From IMG/VR virus record IMGVR_UViG_3300043410_001007, positions 1 to 64,000 of that record: 64,000 bases of DNA, one strand, 5' to 3'. This stretch comes from a virus. Of this stretch, positions 16,937 through 25,247 are shown in pieces (the first letter of the stretch is position 1; each line of letters starts with the position of its first letter). Position numbers and translations under genes: made by a program. The notes below the pieces were generated by a model. The model saw only the letters and a list, made by a program, of their open reading frames with translations. It searched no databases and had not been told where the DNA came from.

Positions 16937-19021
16937 TTATTCTGTATCTGCCATAGCAAACGATGTAAACCCGTTCTCTTTGACTACCTTCAAGATGCTT
17001 GAAACTCGATTTATGAGTTCATCTCGGTGGGAGACAACGAAAATTGATTTATTACGCTTACGGTTCATATCTTTGAGAATAGCAAGACTATTCTCTAAGC
17101 CAGCCTGGTCTAGACCATTGTCTAAGAGTTCATCAATAAACACCAAGTTGATTGGCGAGTACAAACTCTCATACACATCACGGAACGCAAGACTTAGGGC
17201 TAAGATAACACGAGTACGCTCACCGCGTGATAGGTTATCAAAGTCTAAATCACGACCTAGTTCAGTGATTTCTACGCTCAAGTCGTCTTGAAAGACAACC
17301 TGGTGCGGTAGACCCACAGCAGTTAGATAGTGTGTTAGTCGTGCGTTTAGATAGGTCAAGTTCTGGCTGATAATGCGTTTACGAACAAAACTCTTCTTGT
17401 TCGTCAGCAGGTCTAGTAAGTAATCCTGATGAGCGAACTGCTTATTTAGACGGTTAATCTCATCAAAGTCTACTACTTGAATAGCGGATTGTTCCATTTC
17501 CTGGATTTGTTCGCTGTATGGGTCAGTTTCCTCATGCTTAGCGACTAGTTGTTGCTCTAGGTTAGCTACTTGCGTCTTGTGAGCAATAGCTTCCTGCTCT
17601 GTGGGGTACAGGGTAGTCGGTTTAGGGCCTAGTTCCTCGTCGGTATGCTCAGCTACTTGCTCAGCGTACGGGTCAGTTTCCGCCTTTTTAGCTTCAATCT
17701 GACGCACAATGTTCTCAATATCGCTACTGTGTCGCACTGCTTCTGCTTCGGTTTTGTAATGAGTCACTGGCCGATCGCCTAGAGGCTCCAGTGCCTTGAG
17801 CGCATCAGTATGCTCCATCCACTGAGTATTAGTAGCTAGTGCTTGTAGGGCAGCCTCTTGTAGCGCCTTCTCTTTTGTAGCTAGGACAGCCGCATGGCCA
17901 TCATCATGGAAGTCTTGACCACACGCATAGCACTTGTGATTCTTTAGTTCTTCGACTTCTGTCTTGAGTTTGTCTAGGAGCTTTTGTTCCTTCTTCTCAT
18001 CAGCCTCACAACGATCAATATACTTCTGTAATTGAGTCATATTGGCAGATTTTACTATCCAAGCAGCCAAGTCCTTATGTGCTTGTAGTTCTGCCGTGAT
18101 ATCGATGTGTGACCGCTCGTCTAGGTTCCGTTCCAATTCTGCTAACTCTGAAATAATTTTATTTTTCCACTGAGTTTGACGGGTTAGAATGGATTGGTAC
18201 GCATCCTGTTGCTTTTTCTTTTCATTCCAGATAGCCAGGTCTTTGTGCGCCAATAGTTCAGCATCGATATCAACCTTAGTCAATCGCTCATAGTTACCTA
18301 CCAAGAAAGCAACATCGCTGTCGTATTTTTTCTGCCATAGAACCTGTCGGCGCTTGAGACTATCAATCTGTGTAGTGATTTGCTTGTTAGCTTCCTCTAC
18401 ACCCTTGATTCTAAATTCCTCTCGCTGAATGTCCTCTTTGATTTTTTTGTTGAGTTCTTTGAGTGCTTCTGCTTTCTCACTTAGTAAGGTAATACCTAAC
18501 AACTGCTCGATAACTTCACGCTGTTCGCCCACTTTGAGCGATAGAAATGGGGTAGTATATGTGTTCAAGCCGGCAATCTGGTTGAACATAGTGCCGCTCA
18601 TACACAGAATACGTTCGATAGCATCTTGAGTTTCACGACTATCGCCCTGTGAATCATCTTCACTACTTTGCTCTTTGTTGTTGATGTAGAACTTGAGTGA
18701 GTTAGGCTTACGAGTGCGAACAACTTTGTATTCTACACCACGAACCGAGAACTCGACCGTAACACTCATGTTCTTTTCATTAGTGCGGTTAATCAAGTTA
18801 TCTTTTTTGATTGAGTTGATAGCAGTACCAAACAGGGCGTATGATAAGCCCTGTAAGATAGCAGTCTTACCGACACCGTTTCTGCTACCGCTGTCGTTAC
18901 CGCCTAAGTCTAAGTTCTCGCCTAAGATTAGCGTAAGTTCTTGATTGTTAAAGTCGATTGTTTGCTCAACTGCCCCTACTGATAAGAAGTTTTTAAGTTT
19001 AAGTGTCTTGATTAAAATCAT
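16937..19021 (-). CDS. gp46: Recombination exonuclease ATPase subunit (Rad50/SbcC-like)
   Basis: KNFLSVG, Walker A NGVGKT, CYAC zinc hook, LSRGE signature, VFIDE Walker B, VSH. Confidence 0.95.
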   Translation of the reverse strand: MILIKTLKLKNFLSVGAVEQTIDFNNQELTLILGENLDLGGNDSGSRNGVGKTAILQGLSYALFGTAINSIKKDNLINRTNEKNMSVTVEFSVRGVEYKVVRTRKPNSLKFYINNKEQSSEDDSQGDSRETQDAIERILCMSGTMFNQIAGLNTYTTPFLSLKVGEQREVIEQLLGITLLSEKAEALKELNKKIKEDIQREEFRIKGVEEANKQITTQIDSLKRRQVLWQKKYDSDVAFLVGNYERLTKVDIDAELLAHKDLAIWNEKKKQQDAYQSILTRQTQWKNKIISELAELERNLDERSHIDITAELQAHKDLAAWIVKSANMTQLQKYIDRCEADEKKEQKLLDKLKTEVEELKNHKCYACGQDFHDDGHAAVLATKEKALQEAALQALATNTQWMEHTDALKALEPLGDRPVTHYKTEAEAVRHSSDIENIVRQIEAKKAETDPYAEQVAEHTDEELGPKPTTLYPTEQEAIAHKTQVANLEQQLVAKHEETDPYSEQIQEMEQSAIQVVDFDEINRLNKQFAHQDYLLDLLTNKKSFVRKRIISQNLTYLNARLTHYLTAVGLPHQVVFQDDLSVEITELGRDLDFDNLSRGERTRVILALSLAFRDVYESLYSPINLVFIDELLDNGLDQAGLENSLAILKDMNRKRNKSIFVVSHRDELINRVSSILKVVKENGFTSFAMADTE

Positions 19022-20034
19022 AGTGTTCGGTAAATATCCAGTAGTAGTTTTTTATCGTATTGACCTTCGATTAAGGAATCGATTTGAGTTTGAATAATAG
19101 TATCAACGCTCTCAAACTCTAGATTAGTGTAGTCAGTAGCGTCACTCTCTAAGTCGGCCTTCATAGGAATAAGCGTCATTTCGCGGAGACCATACTGAGG
19201 CACTAGACTTTCACGAATGAATGCCGCCTCCTCGAACGAAATTTCAATATCAAGATTGACTTTAACATAACTGTCGGGCAAAAGCAAGGTTTCTGGATCT
19301 TCTAACACCTCGCTCAATTTATACACACGGAATCTAGGCTGACCTGGCCAAGCACGAAATTGGTGTGGTTTGTCCCATTCAAGGATCATCATACCACGCT
19401 CATCATCGCCAACATCCGAAAAGTTGTGTGGGAAAGCATTACCGATGTAGGTGATATTGCCCTTAGTCTGACGCTTATGAAAGTGTCCGCTATAAACATG
19501 GGTGAAGTTTCGTACATGGTTGTCTTTGAGTTCACCGTGATCGGGCATCTCGACCATAGCGTTCATATAGTAGCCTGGTAACTCAAAGTGTCCCATAAGA
19601 TATTTGCCACGCTTGTGCTCTAACTGCTTCCAATCATCACCGCATAGCCACGGAGCGATAACAACATCGCCCTCTTCAAACCAATCGTCAATGATTTTTA
19701 CATTTGGTAAGTGTTTAGCCCACTCAACACTATGAACATCACGCTTGTCTCTGTAATATAGGTCATGGTTGCCGGCAATAAAGAATACTTGTTCAAAAGA
19801 CGCATTCAACTTTTCTAATGCCCGCAATCCAAAGTTTAGAGTTTGAATATTGATAGCGGCACGATTGTGATTGTAATCACCCAAGAAGAAACAGGTCTCA
19901 CAACCCTCCTTCTTTGCTTCTTCGATGAACCAATCCACGAAGTTCATACAATCTTGATTGTGTTGTAGCGAGTTTGACTTCAAACCGAAATGAATATCGG
20001 TAAAGCAAGCTGCCTTTTTGAATAGTTGTTTCAT
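19018..20034 (-). CDS. gp47: Recombination nuclease subunit (Mre11/SbcD-like)
   Basis: TDIHFG, LGD, GNHD, GHFE and SGHFH metallophosphoesterase motifs. Confidence 0.95.
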   Translation of the reverse strand: MKQLFKKAACFTDIHFGLKSNSLQHNQDCMNFVDWFIEEAKKEGCETCFFLGDYNHNRAAINIQTLNFGLRALEKLNASFEQVFFIAGNHDLYYRDKRDVHSVEWAKHLPNVKIIDDWFEEGDVVIAPWLCGDDWKQLEHKRGKYLMGHFELPGYYMNAMVEMPDHGELKDNHVRNFTHVYSGHFHKRQTKGNITYIGNAFPHNFSDVGDDERGMMILEWDKPHQFRAWPGQPRFRVYKLSEVLEDPETLLLPDSYVKVNLDIEISFEEAAFIRESLVPQYGLREMTLIPMKADLESDATDYTNLEFESVDTIIQTQIDSLIEGQYDKKLLLDIYRTL

Positions 20035-20073
20035 TTATACCTAGTAAAAATATACGAAATAGTAGTATAACGC

Positions 20074-20100
20074 AAAAAGGTTGCCGAAAGCAACCTTTTT
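20074..20100. terminator. Terminator after the gp55-like gene, overlapping a possible sigma70 promoter (TTGCTT-18-TATACT, minus strand) for gp47
   Basis: AAAAAGGTTGC-cgaaa-GCAACCTTTTT perfect inverted repeat. Confidence 0.8.
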
Positions 20101-20122
20101 GGACAACACAGCACCAAACCAT

Positions 20123-21034
20123 CTATTCAGGTGCGTGTGCCTTGTATTCGTTAGCAAACTGGCGGGTGAAAGATGGAGCTAGGCCGTTCTGTTCCATGAT
20201 ATCATCACGAACACTTTGATTACGCTTTTCAGTGTTGAGAACACGACAGAATGAGTTATTGAGAACTGCTGTGAAGTATGCGAATGGATTATTAGACTTG
20301 GCTTCATTGAATCGCAAGCCAACATAGGTTAGTTGTAAGATAGCGGCACCGCGCATTTCATCGTTGTATGAATAACCACGCCAGTTCCACTTTGTGCCAT
20401 ATTTCTCACATAACTTTAGATACATACGAGCAAGAGTATTGGTAATCTGTCCCTTATCTCTGGCAAACTCACCCGTCTTAACATCACCCTCCCAGTGTGA
20501 CTTACCTACACAGATAAGGCTACCCATAGCATTTAGTTTAAAGTGTTGGAATGGTGGAAAGTTTACACGAATGTGAGCCATATCACCTAGTTCAGCGGCC
20601 GGTGGAAGAGCTTCGTCTAGGTCAGCGAATAAATCTTCACCGTCGTCGTCAAACTGAATAATGTCTTTAGCAGACTTCTTCTTGGCAACTTTTTTAGGTG
20701 CTCTTGGAGCAACAGGAATGTGATCCCAGGTCATCACTCGAAATACTAAATCAGTAACTGGAATAGATAGTGGATCAGTGGTACCCTTGGGTAATCCCGC
20801 CTCAATATCAAGACGCAATGCTCTTGCTTCTCTGGCCTGCTGGATAGTTTCTGGACGACTAGTATATTCTAAATTGACCTCTAGATTGCTATTATCCATG
20901 TAATCAACAATGAAGTCGTATTGATGGTCAGTGGGACTAGCGTAGGAGCAATAAGTATTTTTGCTCTTATGTATTTCAGCTAGAATGTCTTTGTTGTTTA
21001 GATAGTTTTTAGGTTTTGTTGTAGTAATAGTCAT
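20123..21034 (-). CDS. gp55: Late-transcription sigma factor, gp55-like, with a long insertion
   Basis: NYLNNKDILAEI and NWRGYSYNDEM...RFNEAKSNNPFAYFT...EKRNQ; adjacent to gp47 as in T4-like phages. Confidence 0.85.
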   Translation of the reverse strand: MTITTTKPKNYLNNKDILAEIHKSKNTYCSYASPTDHQYDFIVDYMDNSNLEVNLEYTSRPETIQQAREARALRLDIEAGLPKGTTDPLSIPVTDLVFRVMTWDHIPVAPRAPKKVAKKKSAKDIIQFDDDGEDLFADLDEALPPAAELGDMAHIRVNFPPFQHFKLNAMGSLICVGKSHWEGDVKTGEFARDKGQITNTLARMYLKLCEKYGTKWNWRGYSYNDEMRGAAILQLTYVGLRFNEAKSNNPFAYFTAVLNNSFCRVLNTEKRNQSVRDDIMEQNGLAPSFTRQFANEYKAHAPE

Positions 21035-21055
21035 AGAATAGTTATAGATTAGTAC

Positions 21056-21083
21056 ATTCTATCACAGTTTTGTGGCCTGTCAA
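21056..21083 (-). promoter_or_regulatory. Host sigma70-type promoter for the gp55-like gene
   Basis: TTGACA-16 nt-TAGAAT with extended TG. Confidence 0.7.
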
Positions 21084-21108
21084 GTACTTTTTATCTAAAA
21101 AGAGCACT

Positions 21109-21126
21109 TATTTATCTCGATAAATA
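21109..21126. promoter_or_regulatory. Back-to-back divergent late promoters
   Basis: TATTTATC-TC-GATAAATA inverted repeat. Confidence 0.7.
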
Positions 21127-21147
21127 CTAAAAAGGACAATCATATTC

Positions 21148-22386
21148 ATGGCAACTAACATCACATGGCAAGACCTCTACGGTCTCAACCCACAACTTCG
21201 TAGTGGCAACCCCGATCTAATCTATCCAGGTGAAGTGCTGACCATGCCCGACGGATCGTCCTACACCATCGTCAAGGGCGACACACTGAGTGGTATTGCG
21301 GCAAGATGGAACAACGAGCATGTAACTACGGTACAAGAGGCAGAAGATCCAGGGATCCAGCCTAACCACGGTCTACCATACGATGACGATGGTAATCTTA
21401 TGCCCGGCTGGACTCTAGACGAAGAGAATAACCCCGTATGGGTTGGTGGCGATTTTAGAGAGTCCGCAATCGTAGCACAAGATAAAAAAGATAAGCAAGA
21501 TGAGGCCGCTAATCCAGCGCCAGCGACACCGATCAACAAAGTAAATCCTCAATCAACCTTTGCTACACCACCAGACTGGCGATTTCGCATCACGCTTGCT
21601 CCTAACGCAAAATACTTCTACAATCTATCATCAGCAGAAGCGGGTATCTTAGCGCCACTGAAATCTACTAACGGTGTAATTTTCCCATACACCCCAACAG
21701 TGTCAGTCAATTACTCAGCTAACTATGATGCTACTACTCTAACACACAGTAACTTCAAAATCTACAACTATCAAAGTAGTGCTGTAGAAAGTATTTCTGT
21801 TACTGGTGAGTTCACAGCACAAGATGCGGCAGAAGCAAACTACATGCTAGCAGTTATTCATTTCTTTCGTAGCGCAACTAAAATGTTCTACGGTAAGGAC
21901 GCTAATCCCAGTCGCGGCGTGCCGCCACCACTACTCTTTATGAGTGGTTTTGGTCAGTATCAGTTCGATAATCACCCCGTAGCTCTACAATCATTTACAT
22001 ACACACTACCAACTGATGTAGATTACATCAACGCTTACCCTAATGCTCCTAGCGGCTCAGGCGTAAACGGCGCTCAACTTCGTTCGTTTGATCTTTTAGG
22101 TGGCTTGAAGGCTGGACCTATTAGAAGTTTCATCGAGGGCGCCGCTAATAGATTATTAGGCTCAGGACTAAAATCAGGCGGCGCACAAGTAGGACCACCT
22201 AACAATCGCCTGCCAACAGCATCAACTGAACTAACTCGTGTCCCTACTAAAATTTCGCTATCGCTGACATTTATCCCAATGGTCAATCGTTACGCAATCA
22301 GTAATGAGTTCAGTCTAAAAGATTACGCTAGTGGTAAACTATTACGCGGTAGTCAAAATCCTAAAGCAGGCGGAGGTATCTGGTAA
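21148..22386 (+). CDS. Baseplate/tail-tube initiator-like protein with N-terminal permuted LysM
   Basis: VIFPYTP, IHFFRSATKMFYG and PPPLLFMSGFG motifs; NPDLIYPG...YTIVKGDTLSGIA. Confidence 0.7.
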   Translation: MATNITWQDLYGLNPQLRSGNPDLIYPGEVLTMPDGSSYTIVKGDTLSGIAARWNNEHVTTVQEAEDPGIQPNHGLPYDDDGNLMPGWTLDEENNPVWVGGDFRESAIVAQDKKDKQDEAANPAPATPINKVNPQSTFATPPDWRFRITLAPNAKYFYNLSSAEAGILAPLKSTNGVIFPYTPTVSVNYSANYDATTLTHSNFKIYNYQSSAVESISVTGEFTAQDAAEANYMLAVIHFFRSATKMFYGKDANPSRGVPPPLLFMSGFGQYQFDNHPVALQSFTYTLPTDVDYINAYPNAPSGSGVNGAQLRSFDLLGGLKAGPIRSFIEGAANRLLGSGLKSGGAQVGPPNNRLPTASTELTRVPTKISLSLTFIPMVNRYAISNEFSLKDYASGKLLRGSQNPKAGGGIW

Positions 22387-22685
22387 TGAGTTATCCAAAA
22401 ACAAGTCCATATTATGAAACAACATCAGTCAACTCACAGTACTTAGATGTAATGAACCCGCGAGATATTCCGCCTGATACTAAAGATACATTCTGGGCAG
22501 TGACGCCAGTGTATGAAATGCGTCCTGATTTATTAGCCAGTGACTTGTATGGTGATAGTAGATTATGGTGGGTATTCGCAATGAGAAATCCAAACACTCT
22601 CAAAGATCCGCTGTTCGACTTCGTAACTGGTACTAAGATTTACATACCAAAGCAAGAAACAATAAGTAAAGCTCTAGGACTCTAA
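22386..22685 (+). CDS. gp53: Baseplate wedge protein, gp53-like
   Basis: RPDLLASDLYGDSRLWWVFAMRN...IYIP. Confidence 0.85.
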   Translation: MSYPKTSPYYETTSVNSQYLDVMNPRDIPPDTKDTFWAVTPVYEMRPDLLASDLYGDSRLWWVFAMRNPNTLKDPLFDFVTGTKIYIPKQETISKALGL

Positions 22686-22686
22686 G

Positions 22687-25245
22687 ATGACAACATGGCA
22701 CGACCTCTGGAATAAAAACAAGTCAACACTAAAGAGTGGCAATCCCGATCTAATCTACCCCGGTGAAGTTATTATTCTACCGGACGGATCATCTTACACG
22801 ATTGTATCGGGTGACACACTCAGTGGCATTGCCGCCCGTCAACCAACAGCCCCAAAGATTCCTGAAGTTGGTAATCAAAACAGCGAAAATCAAGCATCAG
22901 ATGATAGCGGCGCAGAAAAAGAAAAAACTGATGCCGAGAAGCCACCAGAAAAGTTAGATTACCGGGCCATGGCTAAGCCTAATCCTCTGTCTAAGTTCAC
23001 TAGTTACACATACGGTCTATCTCTCTACATGGTAACAGCAGAAGCACTAAACAACTTTACTAAAAAAGGCGGCACACTAACAGGTATCAAGGGCAAGAAC
23101 AGCGGTGTGTATGTAGTAGCACAGAGCGGTGGTATCAACAGCGATGTAGAAGACCGTGCTATCACTATTGATAGAAAACTAGGCGGCGGCTCACCTGGTT
23201 ATGACTACTACTTAGACGATTTCGAAGTATCATCTTATCTACCCGGCGGCAGTAATAAAGGCACTGCTAGTACGGAAGTAAAGTTCAAAATTACTGAACC
23301 GTATGGTTTCTCGTTTCTCCGAGACCTAAGTATTGCCGCTACTAATATCAACAAAGCAAGTGAATTTACTAAGAAACTAGATCCCTCTAAACAACCTAAC
23401 GCAATCTCTCAATACTTTATCATGGGTGTAAAGTTCTATGGTTACGATGTAAACGGTGATGTAGTTACCGGCGGTAACCCACTAGCGCAGGGTTACGATA
23501 ACGGTGACGATACAGATCCTAACGCAGTTATTCAACGCTTCTACCCACTAAAACTATCTAACATGAAATTCTCGTTAGACGGTAAAGCAGTGACCTATGC
23601 GTTCGACGGATACATATTTGCTGAGTTCGATGGATACAATGAACTCAATTCTACTATTCAAAGTGCTATGAAGATTAGCGGCGCTACTGTACAAGACGCT
23701 CTAACCGGCGAAGATGGCATAATCACTAAAATGAATGCTGCCAATAAAGGTCAACAAGACAGACAAAAGATTGGTATACCAAATGAACTTGAAATTGAGT
23801 TCTTAGATGAGAATGGCAAAGTAGTAACTGATAGTCCGATAGCTAAAGGTAGATTAGTAGATGATGAAACATTTGCGGCATCAACTGCTCCAATGACACC
23901 AGTAAAATCAAAAGATGAAGTAACTGTGGCAGATAGCTTTAGAGCAGTGTCTATCAATAAGGGAGTTCGTGCTATCAATATCTCAGCTGGCACGAACATT
24001 ATCTCTGTTATTGAGAACTTGATAATCAAGAGTAGTTACATAGGTGATGCTCTGGGCGCTACAAAATCACCAGAAGCCGGCGAGAACCGTGTAATCAAAA
24101 AAGAGCCTACTAAAAAACTAGTATGGTTCTCTATTGCGCCGGTTGTAGAAATAAAAGGTCGTGATGAAAAGACAAATCAATGGGCGTTCAAAATCAAACT
24201 ACAGATCCGTCCATTTGATGTTCCGTATCTAAAAACAACAGTCGGTAGTACAGTATCAAAATACCCAGGCCCACGCAAATTCTATGAATACTTATTGACG
24301 GGTGGAAACAGCGAGATCATATCGTATGTACAAGAATACAATAACATGCTGTTCATACCGCAATTACAATCAGGCAACACTGATGCGCCTGATAAAGAAA
24401 TCAAAGACGGTACACCGGTAGGCACACAAAACACAACAGGTAATAAAGGCTCAGTGGGCGCAGGCCCCAACCGCTCAAGTGAAATCAATGACTTAGTAGC
24501 GGCGCAACTTTACAGCCCTGCTGATAACGCACAAGCAAAAATCAAAATCATGGGTGACCCTGATTACCTAATGTCGTCACTAGCACTACCAACTATTACT
24601 GCTAACAAAGTTTATTCTCGGGATGGTAGTATCAACGGCTTGAACGGACAAGTATTCATTCAAATTACATTCAATACTGGCTTCGATTACAATGGCGAGA
24701 CCGGATTATTCAATGTAGATGATAGAGTTCAGTTCTATCAAAGTGATAAACCTAAGAGTCTTGGTATTGATGGTGTGGTCTACAGAGTAAATCAAATCAG
24801 TAGTTCATTCTCTAAGGGAAAGTTCGAGCAAACATTAGAGCTAATAATTGTTAGTGAGACTATGCTAGTGGGAGAAGAGACACCTACTAAAGGCGGCGAG
24901 CGTAGTGAGAGTAGTAGCGCTAGTGCTAACGGCGGTGGCAAACAGAGCGCGGCAGGCGGAACAAAATCTGTTCCACAATCAGTTAGAAGTCAAGCACATG
25001 ATAAACGAAGTGCTAATGCGCCCACTAACAAAACGCAAGTTACTAATACTGAGATGCGTGTCGAGCCTAACTCATCTAGTACACCGCCTGACCCTAATAA
25101 CGATCCTGGTATGCACGAGCCTACTGAACCAGATAGCAACTATAACAACACTGCTACTCAGCTACCTAACGGCAGAGTAACGGTGTTAGACGATACTAAC
25201 CCTGGCGGCGGCTACGACGGCTACGATAACACTTACGAGACATAA
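22687..25245 (+). CDS. Baseplate hub-like protein with N-terminal permuted LysM
   Basis: NPLSKFTSYTY, FKITEPYG, IKIMGDPDYL, GVVYRV...FSKGKFEQTL; lies between gp53 and gp5. Confidence 0.65.
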   Translation: MTTWHDLWNKNKSTLKSGNPDLIYPGEVIILPDGSSYTIVSGDTLSGIAARQPTAPKIPEVGNQNSENQASDDSGAEKEKTDAEKPPEKLDYRAMAKPNPLSKFTSYTYGLSLYMVTAEALNNFTKKGGTLTGIKGKNSGVYVVAQSGGINSDVEDRAITIDRKLGGGSPGYDYYLDDFEVSSYLPGGSNKGTASTEVKFKITEPYGFSFLRDLSIAATNINKASEFTKKLDPSKQPNAISQYFIMGVKFYGYDVNGDVVTGGNPLAQGYDNGDDTDPNAVIQRFYPLKLSNMKFSLDGKAVTYAFDGYIFAEFDGYNELNSTIQSAMKISGATVQDALTGEDGIITKMNAANKGQQDRQKIGIPNELEIEFLDENGKVVTDSPIAKGRLVDDETFAASTAPMTPVKSKDEVTVADSFRAVSINKGVRAINISAGTNIISVIENLIIKSSYIGDALGATKSPEAGENRVIKKEPTKKLVWFSIAPVVEIKGRDEKTNQWAFKIKLQIRPFDVPYLKTTVGSTVSKYPGPRKFYEYLLTGGNSEIISYVQEYNNMLFIPQLQSGNTDAPDKEIKDGTPVGTQNTTGNKGSVGAGPNRSSEINDLVAAQLYSPADNAQAKIKIMGDPDYLMSSLALPTITANKVYSRDGSINGLNGQVFIQITFNTGFDYNGETGLFNVDDRVQFYQSDKPKSLGIDGVVYRVNQISSSFSKGKFEQTLELIIVSETMLVGEETPTKGGERSESSSASANGGGKQSAAGGTKSVPQSVRSQAHDKRSANAPTNKTQVTNTEMRVEPNSSSTPPDPNNDPGMHEPTEPDSNYNNTATQLPNGRVTVLDDTNPGGGYDGYDNTYET

Positions 25246-25247
25246 AC

